A DNA stretch of 63,490 nucleotides, counting the filler, from Octopus bimaculoides (Eukaryota), in the NCBI RefSeq assembly GCF_001194135.2. It is 8 parts of 7 records of this genome, joined end to end, with 100 filler letters (N's around TTAATTAATTAA, not from the genome) between each part and the next. Parts side by side here need not be neighbours in the genome. Positions count along the whole stretch, not along the records: positions 1 to 16,114 come from NC_068987.1; 7 more parts are not named here. One strand, given 5' to 3'. Shown piece after piece: positions 1 to 13,393 of the stretch. The stretch's first letter is position 1. Each line of letters starts with the position of its first letter. A model generated the notes under the pieces. The model saw only the letters and a program-made list of their open reading frames with translations. It was not told the origin of the DNA and made no database searches. The position numbers were made by a program, and so were the translations under genes.

Positions 1-530
1 ATATAGTCGTATGCACACACATACACACACACACATACACACACACAACACACACACACACGCACACACACACATGATATTGAGGATAAGAAAAACGATC
101 TCACTAAGTTAAGCAGTGTAAATACATTTTATACTTAACATCTTGTTACTCAAGGTTTCATATGCTCACCAACAATCGTCAGAAGAAGGGGCCTACTGGC
201 AAGAATTCTGAATTAGTTAAACGATACACCATTAATCTCACTCTCTCTTTCCCTTTCCCTTTCCCTTTCTCTCTTTCTCTTTTTCGTATGTATGTGTGTG
301 TGTGTGTGTGTGTGTGAGATAGAAGTGAATGACATGAAAGTGTAGATGTTTAAACATCCACCATCTCATCTCACTTCTTACATCTGTTCTATATACATAC
401 ATTCTCTCCACCATTTTAGCGTTTGGATTTTCAGAACGACGGAAGGGTTTATCTAAACCTCAACCAGAGTCATTCTTGCTAGCCATGCACTTGCCGGAGA
501 GGTTAATGTGAGATCTGTTTTATTTTTAGA

Positions 531-634
<104 letters not shown>

Positions 635-2313
635 ATAAAAAACGAATTTATATGACTGTCCAATACACACACAGAAACACTCTAACATGTACGCACGGAC
701 ACACACGCACACTCGCACATACCCACACACTCTCTCTCACACACGCACACTCACACATATACACACACTCACACATACACACACACTCACACATACACAC
801 ACACACACTCTCTTTCTCTCTCTCACACACACAAACAAATAAATACACACACACACACACGCACACACACACGCACACACACAGACAACAAATGCTGTAT
901 GAAATCTTTTATTTCCAATATCGATTGAAACATTTACCATTTAAACCGGTCACATCAGGCCAAAATATTCTGCTTGCTTTACGTTCAAACTGACCCGATC
1001 CAGTCTTTCTCACCTCCCTGCAATGTCGCTCTAAGAATAAAGCAATCACATCATTGAGATCTCGAAGCTACGAGATAATGCATGATTAATTCAAAACAAT
1101 GTGAATAAACATATGCATTACACTTGTCAGATTAATCTAAATGCTAAAGAGTTAAACATGTGCATATTTCATTTACAAAAACATACAATCCTATTAACCA
1201 TTGATGAAACGCTCAGACATACCGTCGTCCCCTCCACCGCCACAACAACTAATTATCTCTTAATCACTAATCCACCTCTTCCACCGGTGTTCATAATTCA
1301 ATGCTTACTTAAGATGCTGCTGTTGCTGTTGCTACTGCTGCAGTTACTACTGATACTGCTTCTGCAGATTAACCTCACAGATTATAAACGCGAATTATCC
1401 ACCTACACATAACACTTTAATGTGTACTTTAGTTAGTTATCCTCCTATTCCTGTGTTCTTTTCTTTACTTCGTCTCATTTCTCTCGTAGTTTCATTTCCA
1501 CATCTCTAGATTCTTCCCACCCTCTCTCTCAGTATATATATATATATATATATATNNNNNNNNNNNNNNNNNNNNNNNNNNNNNNNNNNNNNNNNNNNNN
1601 NNNNNNNNNNNNNNNNNNNNNNNNNNNNNNNNNNNNNNNNNNNNNNNNNNNNNNNNNNNNNNNNNNNNNNNNNNNNNNNNNNNNNNNNNNNNNNNNNNNN
1701 NNNNNNNNNNNNNNNNNNNNNNNNNNNNNNNNNNNNNNNNNNNNNNNNNNNNNNNNNNNNNNNNNNNNNNNNNNNNNNNNNNNNNNNNNNNNNNNNNNNN
1801 NNNNNNNNNNNNNNNNNNNNNNNNNNNNNNNNNNNNNNNNNNNNNNNNNNNNNNNNNNNNNNNNNNNNNNNNNNNNNNNNNNNNNNNNNNNNNNNNNNNN
1901 NNNNNNNNNNNNNNNNNNNNNNNNNNNNNNNNNNNNNNNNNNNNNNNNNNNNNNNNNNNNNNNNNNNNNNNNNNNNNNNNNNNNNNNNNNNNNNNNNNNN
2001 NNNNNNNNNNNNNNNNNNNNNNNNNNNNNNNNNNNNNNNNNNNNNNNNNNNNNNNNNNNNNNNNNNNNNNNNNNNNNNNNNNNNNNNNNNNNNNNNNNNN
2101 NNNNNNNNNNNNNNNNNNNNNNNNNNNNNNNNNNNNNNNNNNNNNNNNNNNNNNNNNNNNNNNNNNNNNNNNNNNNNNNNNNNNNNNNNNNNNNNNNNNN
2201 NNNNNNNNNNNNNNNNNNNNNNNNNNNNNNNNNNNNNNNNNNNNNNNNNNNNNNNNNNNNNNNNNNNNNNNNNNNNNNNNNNNNNNNNNNNNNNNNNNNN
2301 NNNNNNNNNNNNN

Positions 2314-2358
<45 letters not shown>

Positions 2359-2429
2359 ACACTCACACACACACACATATATATATATCCCTCTCTCTCC
2401 ACTTTGCTCTCTCTCGGATATTCTATTAT

Positions 2430-2690
2430 TGATTTAAGGGTCTTTTGGAATTCCGCATACCATCAACGAATTTGTTGTTTAGCTTCAGTATAATCTTGGT
2501 TTCTTTTAATCTGTGGCCAACAACACTCCAGCTGTGAACATCCCCACATGTTTTCAATGATAGGGCACCCCAGAACTACAATATCCAATACATCTTAACT
2601 TTTTCAAGACGGTGCGTCGTGCTTTGAGGGGCTAGAGCTTCTATTTTTAGCAAATCGAGCAGCAACGAAGAGACTTTCCTGTCCTGTTTG
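2430..2690 (-). mobile_element. Tc1-like transposase C-terminal relic
   Basis: Minus strand ARF...HDAPS*KS...PIIENMWG resembles QDNAPCHKS...LNPIENLWG with an internal deletion. Confidence 0.45.
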
Positions 2691-2732
2691 CTGTTGATGT
2701 TATTATTGTTGTTGTTGTTGGTGGTGGTTATT

Positions 2733-3122
2733 GTGGAGGCGCAATGGCCCAGTGGTTAGGGCAGCGGACTCGCGGTCATAGGATTGCGGTTTCGGTTCCC
2801 AGACTGGGTGTTGTGAGTGTTTATTGAGCGAAAACACCTAAAGCTCCACGAGACTCCGGTAGGGGATGGTGGCGAACCCTGCTGTACTCTTTCACTACAA
2901 CTTCCTCTTACTTCCTGTTTCTGTTGTGCCTGTAATTCAAACGGTCAGCCTTGTCACCCTGTGTCACGCTGAATATCCCCGAGAACTACGTTAAGGGTAC
3001 ACGTGTCTGTGGAGTGCTCAGCCACTTGCACGTTAATTTCACGAGCAGGTTGTTCCGTTGATCTGATCAACTGGAACCCTCGTCGTCGTAAGCGACGGAG
3101 TGCCAACAACAACAACAACAAC
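2733..3122 (+). mobile_element. tRNA-derived SINE family A, full length
   Basis: A box tggcccagtggttag, B box region, shared body, (AAC)n tail; five further copies or fragments in the window. Confidence 0.9.
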
Positions 3123-3359
3123 GGTGGTGGTGATGGTGATGTTGCTTTTAGTGGTAGTGGCGATGGTGATATAAGTATGGATTTTATTTTTGTTCAGGTC
3201 GATTTTGATCCAGCAGAACTATGCTTACAGCGCCAGCTGTCATCATCGTTTCTTTCATTCAGACAGTATGTGACATTGTATATTGAGTCTTTATCCAATG
3301 CAACAGTATTGAAAGTGTCACTAGATTCTCTCTTTCTCTCTCAGTGCATATATATATTT

Positions 3360-3422
<63 letters not shown>

Positions 3423-4716
3423 NNNNNNNNNNNNNNNNNNNNNNNNNNNNNNNNNNNNNNNNNNNNNNNNNNNNNNNNNNNNNNNNNNNNNNNNNNNNNN
3501 NNNNNNNNNNNNNNNNNNNNNNNNNNNNNNNNNNNNNNNNNNNNNNNNNNNNNNNNNNNNNNNNNNNNNNNNNNNNNNNNNNNNNNNNNNNNNNNNNNNN
3601 NNNNNNNNNNNNNNNNNNNNNNNNNNNNNNNNNNNNNNNNNNNNNNNNNNNNNNNNNNNNNNNNNNNNNNNNNNNNNNNNNNNNNNNNNNNNNNNNNNNN
3701 NNNNNNNNNNNNNNNNNNNNNNNNNNNNNNNNNNNNNNNNNNNNNNNNNNNNNNNNNNNNNNNNNNNNNNNNNNNNNNNNNNNNNNNNNNNNNNNNNNNN
3801 NNNNNNNNNNNNNNNNNNNNNNNNNNNNNNNNNNNNNNNNNNNNNNNNNNNNNNNAATCTTACCAACTGAGTCGGATATGATTCACGGAAAAGGTGTGAT
3901 AAGGCAGAAAAATTCATTGGTTTCGTCAGTCAGTTGTAAAAACTAGATTCATTCTAATGTGCATCTTATGTATTATTAAAAAAAAAAAAATAACTTCGAT
4001 CAACCGGTCTTATAATTATCTTCGTTGTTTGTTTCTAGATTATATAAACAGCTCTAACGGGAGTTTTTGCCAAATAATTGCTTGGGTAATCTCAGGTGGT
4101 CGAAGTTTTTCAACTCATATTATGTTTGTGATACTTCATAGTATCTCTAATATGCATTTTTAAAGACACATTTTCTGTTCAGTTTAGTTCAAACATCCTG
4201 TCCCGTTTAGTATTACTGCACCCGCAGTTTAGTACACAGCGCTGTATTTAGTACACACTGTTTTGCTTAATTATCGTTTTCAAACATAAGCGCACAGTCT
4301 CAATATTTGGCGACCTTGTGCTTTAGTTTATCGATCTTGAAAACATAAAAAGCAAAGTCGTCATGGCAGAATTTGTATTACGAGCGTATAGAACAATACC
4401 TAATCATTTATTCTCAAGCATAATATATTTAGGACTACTTTATCCCATGTGTTTTGTTTTATTTCTTTTTAAAGATGTTATGGTGTAATTTGAATCAGAT
4501 TTTGCTATCTTTTGTAGCTGGTCAAGCGACCGCATAGAAGCTCTCTCGATTGTTTGAAGGGCCGGTGAGTGTTATTGTGGTGCCAACATTGAGAGTGTGT
4601 TCAAGTGGAAATGGATTGGAATTTTGATGGGGGGTGGGGTCATAAATTGAAACGGAGCTCAGGTTCTACACACATCAAAGAATGGCTTAAATGATGGATC
4701 AACAGTACATACATGG

Positions 4717-4749
<33 letters not shown>

Positions 4750-6160
4750 NNNNNNNNNNNNNNNNNNNNNNNNNNNNNNNNNNNNNNNNNNNNNNNNNNN
4801 NNNNNNNNNNNNNNNNNNNNNNNNNNNNNNNNNNNNNNNNNNNNNNNNNNNNNNNNNNNNNNNNNNNNNNNNNNNNNNNNNNNNNNNNNNNNNNNNNNNN
4901 NNNNNNNNNNNNNNNNNNNNNNNNNNNNNNNNNNNNNNNNNNNNNNNNNNNNNNNNNNNNNNNNNNNNNNNNNNNNNNNNNNNNNNNNNNNNNNNNNNNN
5001 NNNNNNNNNNNNNNNNNNNNNNNNNNNNNNNNNNNNNNNNNNNNNNNNNNNNNNNNNNNNNNNNNNNNNNNNNNNNNNNNNNNNNNNNNNNNNNNNNNNN
5101 NNNNNNNNNNNNNNNNNNNNNNNNNNNNNNNNNNNNNNNNNNNNNNNNNNNNNNNNNNNNNNNNNNNNNNNNNNNNNNNNNNNNNNNNNNNNNNNNNNNN
5201 NNNNNNNNNNNNNNNNNNNNNNNNNNNNNNNNNNNNNNNNNNNNNNNNNNNNNNNNNNNNNNNNNNNNNNNNNNNNNNNNNNNNNTGTGTGTGTGTGTGT
5301 GTGTGTGAGTGTGTGTGTGTGTGAGTGTGTGTGTGTGTAATTGTCTCCCCCAACATCGCTTGACTATCGATGCTGGTGTGTTTACGTCCCCGTAACTTAG
5401 CGGTTCGGCAAAAGAGACCGATAGAATAAGTACTAGGCTTACAAAGAATAAGTCCTGGGGTCGATTGGAATGCCTGTAATCATTAGTATACTCAGTCAGA
5501 ACTGAGTTACGGTTAAGCATCATCATCATCGTCATCATCATCATCATCAACATCGTCGTCGTCGTCGTCGTCGTCATCATCATCATCATCATCATCTGCA
5601 GCAGCAGTAACCTCCGCAACAAAGAACAATAACATATAATGCATAATCTAAAACAACAGCTACAGTTCAAACCAAGTGAATAAGCAGGTGAAAATATAGT
5701 TCTTGCAAAAAATTCTAATTAAAAAATTAGTCCGCTTTATGTACAAGTAATTAGAGTATCAGAACAAATTAGCAGTTTTTAATTAGTAGGTTGTTACTAT
5801 CGGAGCCAATGAGAATACATCTTTACAATGAAGTTAATACTAAGAGCATTGCCAAGAGTCATTGTTGCCGGTAGCATGGGGTAGTAAGAGGGTGAGGTGA
5901 TAAGTATAGAAGGTCAGAGAGTAGAGGAGGGAGAGTGTTAAGTGATGGGTGGAGGTAAATCGATTGACTCGCGTAGGAGGCGGTTAGTTTATCAGAAGTA
6001 TGCAGTGAAATTCTTTTAAAGTAACAAAGGCCAATATCATAGTAGGGTAGATGTGGTATTGATAGTGTTATTAGAGAGACAGGAGAGCGTGAGAGCGAGA
6101 GAGAAAGGGAGAAAGAGAGAGAGAAAGAGAGACAGAGAGAGTGTATGTGTATATATAACT

Positions 6161-6476
6161 GGCACTTCGTCGGTTACGCTGACGAGTGTTCCAGTTGATC
6201 CGATCAAGGAACAGCCTGCTTGTGAAATTAACGTCCAAACGGCTGAGCACTCCACAGATACGCGTAGCCTTAACGTAGTTCTCATGGTGAGATTCAACGT
6301 GACACAGAATGTGACAAAGCTGGCCCTTTGAAATACAGGTACTACTCATTTTTGCCTGCTGAGTGGACAGTAACAACGTGAAATAAAGTGCCTTGCTCAA
6401 GGACTCAACACTGCCGGAAATCGAACTCACAGCCTTGCGATCGTGCGTTGAATACCCTAACCACGAAGCTACGCAG
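6161..6476 (-). mobile_element. SINE family B (different head/core, family A tail)
   Basis: Tail is the reverse complement of the family A 3' half; core ccttgagcaaggcactttatttcacgttg shared with 46283-46612. Confidence 0.8.
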
Positions 6477-8737
6477 TTTCATGAGAGTATGCATACATAA
6501 GAACGCACACACGTATAAACATATTTACACATATAGAGGCAGGCGTGGCTGTGTGCTAAGAAATTTGCTTCCCAACTACATGGTTCTAGATTCAGTCCCA
6601 CTGCATGGTACCTTGGGTAGTTAAGTGTTTGNNNNNNNNNNNNNNNNNNNNNNNNNNNNNNNNNNNNNNNNNNNNNNNNNNNNNNNNNNNNNNNNNNNNN
6701 NNNNNNNNNNNNNNNNNNNNNNNNNNNNNNNNNNNNNNNNNNNNNNNNNNNNNNNNNNNNNNNNNNNNNNNNNNNNNNNNNNNNNNNNNNNNNNNNNNNN
6801 NNNNNNNNNNNNNNNNNNNNNNNNNNNNNNNNNNNNNNNNNNNNNNNNNNNNNNNNNNNNNNNNNNNNNNNNNNNNNNNNNNNNNNNNNNNNNNNNNNNN
6901 NNNNGTGTGTGTGTGCGTGCGCGCGCGAGTATATATATATATTACGGAGATGTACTTGCATAGCAAGTAACCTGATCTGAAATCGTGTGCTAGAACGAAA
7001 ACAATTGCAGCGTGGAAGGTGTTTATAAGCCATTTAAAATAACACACTCCAAGAATAAGATCCACTTTCTCAGTTATTTGAGTTTTCATCACCAGTTTAT
7101 GGACGCGAACTTACCGGCTCAAAGTCGTTGACAAGAAAATGACAGCTAGGTTTCTTATCGCGGTCATGCGAGTAACAGGTGCAATGGTAGTTAGTTGTGG
7201 CAGTACTGTCAATCATATTTGAACTACTTCTATGTACGATGACGATGACGACGACGACGATGCAAATGCGTTCGAGAATCAATTTTGGATTTGATTGTAC
7301 TTGTTAAATGCTGATAAAACAGAGATATCAATGTGCATGGGTGACCAAACCATTCAGAAGTCGGAGCAGCGATGGCCTAACCCTTATTTTCTGTTTGTTT
7401 GCGACAATGATATCATTGCGAGATGTAGAAAATGTTACTGTTGTCGAGTGATATCAATAGTGCTCGTGATGAATATTGTGTGTGTGTGACGATAGTCGTG
7501 ATGAATATTGTGTGTGGGCGACTTGCCTCTCGCCCGAAATTGCTGACGTTGTGCCAAAATTTGAAACAATTAATGATTAATTTTGTGTAATATTGTGTGT
7601 AGGCAATAAGAGCAGCTTGCAGCAAATTTCATCTCGTGGCCTGGCTCGTTCAGTGGGATCCAGTGACAATGAAGCTTACTAACAGAGAAAAATGCAGAGA
7701 AAATCACATTTTTAAAGTTCGAATATTAACAATATATCGTTGCTATNNNNNNNNNNAAACGAAAAAATAGTTTCACCATTCCATAGCAAAGCCGTTGTAC
7801 TACACTTTGACAATTTTTGATATCTTGGCATCTGAAGCAGCTGGAGATACGCTAGTTTGACCAAAAGAACCGGCTATTGCAAACAAAAATAAATATTGAA
7901 AAAACGCATTTGGCCAAATTTGGATATTCAACAGTTTAACATAATAGCAACGAAACAAATGTTTAAAACATTAAGCATTAAGTGAATAAATTGGGTTGGA
8001 GATATAAACTTTTGGCTGGAATAAAGAGACAAAACAACTTTTTCCGTAGAATAATATAGGTGACCGAGTGTGGGGAGAGAAGAAAACGAGACGCAAAATA
8101 GAAACCAAGAAAAACAACAATAGCAATAGAGAAATAAATACAGACGAGTAGACGAGATATGCCATTGGAGTGCCATGACAAACCATGTAAAGAATGCCCG
8201 AGATAAAAGAAAGCCAAACCGTGTATGTGTCTGAGTAAGATCATATGAGTGAGAACAGTATGAGAGAGAAGGAGAGAGGGGGGATTTGGAAGGAGAGAAA
8301 GAGAAAGAGAGAGAGAAAGAGATGAGTACAGAAAGAGAAAGAGAGAGAGAAAGAGATGGGTACAGAAAGAGAAATGCGGAAAATGGCAAAAAAAGGACAA
8401 CACAAATGTATTTGAGAAATGAGAAGTTGAAAGAGTTTTGGAAGAAAATATATCAAGAGGTTGTCCATATTGCTGACTAGCTTAAAAGCCGCTCGATAGG
8501 GCGGCTTTTAAGCTAGCTCCTGTGGAGGGCTCTTCATTGGGCCTTGGACCCAACAATGACACTTCATGCATTGAGTGCATATTAAATTTTATTAAACTTG
8601 ACCAATATTTTTCAAGCTAGGAACAATTTACATCAAAACAATGATGTTATTTATCGACTTGGAACTTAATGCAAAACTGCAGGATAAACAACATTTTTTG
8701 TCTTTCCATTCGGGGGTCATAACAATTNNNNNNNNNN

Positions 8738-8774
<37 letters not shown>

Positions 8775-9208
8775 GTTGATTGTTTTCAACCATCACCATC
8801 ACCAGTACCACCACTATCGCCACCACAACTACCATACACTCACCATTCAGACTTCTGACGCCACCACCATCAATACCTTTGATTTCACCGCCTTCCCAAC
8901 AACCATCACCACTGTCTTTCACATCGTTTACTATCACCGTCATCCCTGACCGCCTCGGCTACCACTATCACCACCATCATCACCGTCGCCTCCGCCTCTA
9001 TCACAACTACAGCTCATACTATTACTATCACTCCATTACTATCACAACCGTCAATCTACTATCGCCCTCACCGTCTCTATGCCTACTATTACTCTCACCC
9101 CAGCCGGTGGAATAGTAGAAGTATCATTGAATAATGAGAGAGGGGTTCAAAGTGTGACAGTGACACACAGAAATTCGTTATGGCATTTATTATTACATAT
9201 GTCATTAG

Positions 9209-9420
9209 GGCGGCGAGCCCGTAGCATCGTTAGCATGCTGGGCAAAATGCTTAGTGACATTTCGTCCGTCTTTACATTCTGAGTTCAAATTCCACCGAGA
9301 TCGATTTTGCCTTTCATCCTTTCGGGGTCGATAAAATAAGTGCTAGTTACATACTGGTGTCGATGTGATCGATTTGCCTCTCCTCAGAAATTTCTGGCCT
9401 TGTGCCAAAATTTGAAACCA
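9209..9420 (+). mobile_element. SINE family D
   Basis: ggcggcgagc...gttagca...ctgagttcaaattcc...tcctttcggggtcgata...ccttgtgcc; five or more copies in the window. Confidence 0.85.
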
Positions 9421-10040
9421 TATTGCTGATGTTCTTAATCGCGCAAATATATGATTAAAGGCATTCAAGCATTGAAACCCGGTATTTTGGTGGGTTCGTG
9501 GAGTAGGTGTCTGTGTGTCTTCCGTTTTTTTTTGTTTTTTGTTTTTAAACATTGAAAATATTTGGCTGTAATCCCTCGTGCGTCAAACAGCTGCATAGGA
9601 GCTATTTCGTTGGTTCGATACTGAGGGGTTAAACTGAGACGGGTACACTTTTGAGTACTAAAGTAAGGGACTGAGGGAATATAGTATGTTTTAAAAGCGT
9701 AAGCGTGAGTGGGAGAAAGTATGCGTGTAAAACTTTATTCGTATTTAATGTATAAACATACAGGAGACTATGTGTTTGTGCGCGTGTGTGGGGTGGTGAT
9801 GGTGGTGGTGTGTGTGTTGTGTTGTGTTGTGTTATATGTGTGTATGTATACGGCTGGGTCATTACGCATTTCATATAGCATTTGTTTTGGGTAGAGTAGG
9901 TTAGACTTACTTTTGGCCTGAATCTTCCTCAAACTATCGTCCGGCTTGGTTGTAAACAATGTTTCTGTGTCATTCGAATTTTGATTTTATTTTCCTAAAA
10001 TTTTGCAACCCTTACAGTTGAAAATGGCATAAAAAGTAGA

Positions 10041-10200
10041 GGAGTTAAAAGAGCGCGTGTGAACTTATGTATGGCACGGAAATTAGAGCTAATTTATAAA
10101 TTAGAACGAGGCGTCTCAGTGGCATATGTTTGTAAAATTTACGGCGTACAAAAAAAATTGTGTTTCTGATATACGCAAATCAAATGTCAAATTGAAATAG
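10041..10200 (+). mobile_element. pogo/Tigger (CENP-B N-terminal HTH) transposase relic
   Basis: GVKRARVNLCMARKLELIYKLERGVSVAYVCKIYGVQK / (frameshift) VSDIRKS. Not in ORF track. Confidence 0.75.
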
Positions 10201-10435
10201 TTTTCTTTAAACTATGGCTCTGCTGTGGTGAGTAGAGACCACTTGAAATTTGGGTAAAATAAAATTAAAGCAGAATCTGTAAGTAGTATGATCAGCAGAG
10301 ATCTAGTAGTGTTCATGTACTAAGTCTGTAGAATGTCTGTAGAGATAACCTTAACAAGCTCGCAAGTCTTGAGTGGAAATCTACTTGTGAATCACTTTGA
10401 AAACACATGGGATTTAATATTAAAGCAAATGAAAA

Positions 10436-10650
10436 CGGTGAGCTGGCAGAATCGTTAGCACACCGGACAAAATACTTAGCGGTATTTCGTCTGCTTTTTT
10501 TTTGTTCTGAGTTCAAATTCTGCCGAGTTCCACTTTGCCTTACATCCTTTCGGGGTTGGTAAAATAAGTACCTGCTGAACACTGGGGTCGATGTAATCGA
10601 CTAGTCTTCTCCCCACGAACTTGTTGGTCTTGTGCCAAAATTTGAAACCA
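10436..10650 (+). mobile_element. SINE family D
   Basis: Matches 9209-9420. Confidence 0.85.
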
Positions 10651-10913
10651 ATGTAAGCACAAATAATGAGTGGTAATAACGTTTTAGAAAATTGCATGAC
10701 AAAACTTCTGATAAATCATTTTAGGGCAGGCACAGAAAATTTATAAATAAATTTATTAAATCTAAAAGCCATATTTTAGCACAGATTTATAATAATGTCA
10801 ATGAAACTGTCTTCTTCTATCATGCTATACCGGACCTGCAAGGTAAATGGAAAGTTAAATTACTCGTGAGTTAAATAAGGAGATAATTTCTGCCTTATAT
10901 GCAAATGCTGATC

Positions 10914-11132
10914 GTGGAGGCGCAATGGCCCAGTGGTTAGGGCAGCGGACGCGCGGTCATAGGATCGCGGTTTCGATTCCCAGACCGGGCGTTGTGAGTG
11001 TTTATTGAGCGAAAACATCTAAAGCTCCACGAGGCTTCGGCAGGGGATGGTGGCGAACCCTGCTGTACTCTTTCACTACAACTTTCTCTCACTCTTACTT
11101 CCTGTTTCTGTTGTGCCTGTAATTTAAAGGGT
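10914..11132 (+). mobile_element. SINE family A, truncated by gap
   Basis: Near-identical to 2733-2945. Confidence 0.9.
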
Positions 11133-11839
11133 NNNNNNNNNNNNNNNNNNNNNNNNNNNNNNNNNNNNNNNNNNNNNNNNNNNNNNNNNNNNNNNNNNNN
11201 NNNNNNNNNNNNNNNNNNNNNNNNNNNNNNNNNNNNNNNNNNNNNNNNNNNNNNNNNNNNNNNNNNNNNNNNNNNNNNNNNNNNNNNNNNNNNNNNNNNN
11301 NNNNNNNNNNNNNNNNNNNNNNNNNNNNNNNNNNNNNNNNNNNNNNNNNNNNNNNNNNNNNNNNNNNNNNNNNNNNNNNNNNNNNNNNNNNNNNNNNNNN
11401 NNNNNNNNNNNNNNNNNNNNNNNNNNNNNNNNNNNNNNNNNNNNNNNNNNNNNNNNNNNNNNNNNNNNNNNNNNNNNNNNNNNNNNNNNNNNNNNNNNNN
11501 NNNNNNNNNNNNNNNNNNNNNNNNNNNNNNNNNNNNNNNNNNNNNNNNNNNNNNNNNNNNNNNNNNNNNNNNNNNNNNNNNNNNNNNNNNNNNNNNNNNN
11601 NNNNNNNNNNNNNNNNNNNNNNNNNNNNNNNNNNNNNNNNNNNNNNNNNNNNNNNNNNNNNNNNNNNNNNNNNNNNNNNNNNNNNNNNNNNNNNNNNNNN
11701 NNNNNNNNNNNNNNNNNNNNNNNNNNNNNNNNNNNNNNNNNNNNNNNNNNNNNNNNNNNNNNNNNNNNNNNNNNNNNNNNACTTTGAAATTGATTTGTAC
11801 TTTGAAGAATTTGCTGCAAATAACTTTCAATGCATCTTT

Positions 11840-12492
11840 GTAAATGCTGACAACTGTGAAATAGTTGAAGATGAAGTTCAGGCCTCCACGATGACGATCT
11901 CGTCGGACCAGATCAACACTTTGTTAGCGGCGCGCTTCATCTCAGCTGACATGGTTTTACCCCAGTCGAGCCGTTTCTTCTTGGAAGCTGCTGAAATTAA
12001 CTAACTGGGATTGTTTCTTGTATGCAGTTAGCTTTAAATCCTCTTTAAAAATCCTATGCATTGACAATTTCAAAATATCAAGAGCTTTGCAGTTTCTCTT
12101 GCAACCCAGTGGGGATTTCGGGTCATTTTCTTCTTTACAGTTTCAACAGTTTCTTTGGTACGAATTGATCGTTTTCTATCAGGAATTGGTTTGCTAAAGG
12201 TAGTAGCGGACTCCATATATCGTTTCCAGATATTGAACACTGTTTTATGGCACATATTCAACCGTTTTGCTACGTCCCTGTTGCTCACTCCATCTGTTTT
12301 CAAAGCGACAATCTGGTCACATTTTGCTTTCGACGCCATGTTTGTTTACAAATATGTTATAGACGAACGAAACTATAGACACATGAACAGAAGACAAATG
12401 CAAATCTTTATATAAAATGTTGATAATATTACCTGAACCGATATTCTTTAGGAAGAGTTTTAAACGTGCGTAAATCTTTTTGGGATACCCTG
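11840..12492 (-). mobile_element. Tc1/mariner (maT-like) transposon 5' portion
   Basis: TA + CAGGGTATCCC terminus at 12494-12482; HTH ORF MASKAKCDQIVALKTDGVSNRDVAKRLNMCHKTVFNIWKRY; downstream VLIWSDE motif then stop. Confidence 0.85.
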
Positions 12493-12600
12493 TATATACA
12501 CATTTACACAATGTCTGATGAAAAAGATGTGGTCACAATTTTAGAACGTGACCATAGGCACGCTTCATCAAGGCTGACATGGACTAAGCATCAATAACAA

Positions 12601-12631
<31 letters not shown>

Positions 12632-13195
12632 TCGAGCAATAGAAGAGGAAATAAAGAAAATTAAATGTTTTACAGAGCCGACATAGCCTCAAATATTTCT
12701 TGCGAAATGTCCAGGGAATTTTGTGACATTCTTGCTTTTCCTCAAATGTATTGCTGACGTCACAGAAGCGGTTCCCAGCAGAGATATTGAAATCTGGACC
12801 CTACCTTCACGGATAGAGACGTCTTGATTGAAATTTACTATCATCTGCTAGAAATAGTAGCCAAAATTATCTTAAATCATAAAATATGCATAAATACCTA
12901 AATAAATGAGCATGTGCGCACGCAGAAATACACATGCACACGCATGCATACATGCACGCACACACACACACACACATACACATATAATATATTGGGCGCA
13001 TGCAAGGCTGAGTGGTTAAGTAGGTCGCTTTTGAACCACATACTTTTGGGTTCAGTCCCACTGCATGACACCTAGGATAGGTATCTTCTACTATAGTCAC
13101 AAACTGACTAATGCTTTGTGAGTGAATTTAGTAGATGGCAACTGTGTCGAAGCTCATCACTCACACACACATACACACACACATATACACACACA

Positions 13196-13241
<46 letters not shown>

Positions 13242-13342
13242 AATGTATGTACATACGTACATACATAGCTATATAGGTGGATATACACACACGCGCACAC
13301 ATACAAATATGAGAGAGAGAGTGAGTGAGGTGCGCGCGCGCG

Positions 13343-13393
<51 letters not shown>

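Noticed and set aside
2733-2810. tRNA genes at SINE heads
   Set aside because: A/B boxes are present but continue into multi-copy SINE bodies; no complete cloverleaf with acceptor stem.
4595-4625. S-G-N-G resembling the convertase oxyanion exon (WASGNGG)
   Set aside because: Surrounding codons do not match and the frame closes within a few codons.
12755-12762. TGACGTCA CRE palindromes (also near 38193, 43843 and 53882)
   Set aside because: Isolated 8-mers, one inside a SINE, none linked to an identifiable promoter; the PC1/3 promoter is not in the window.
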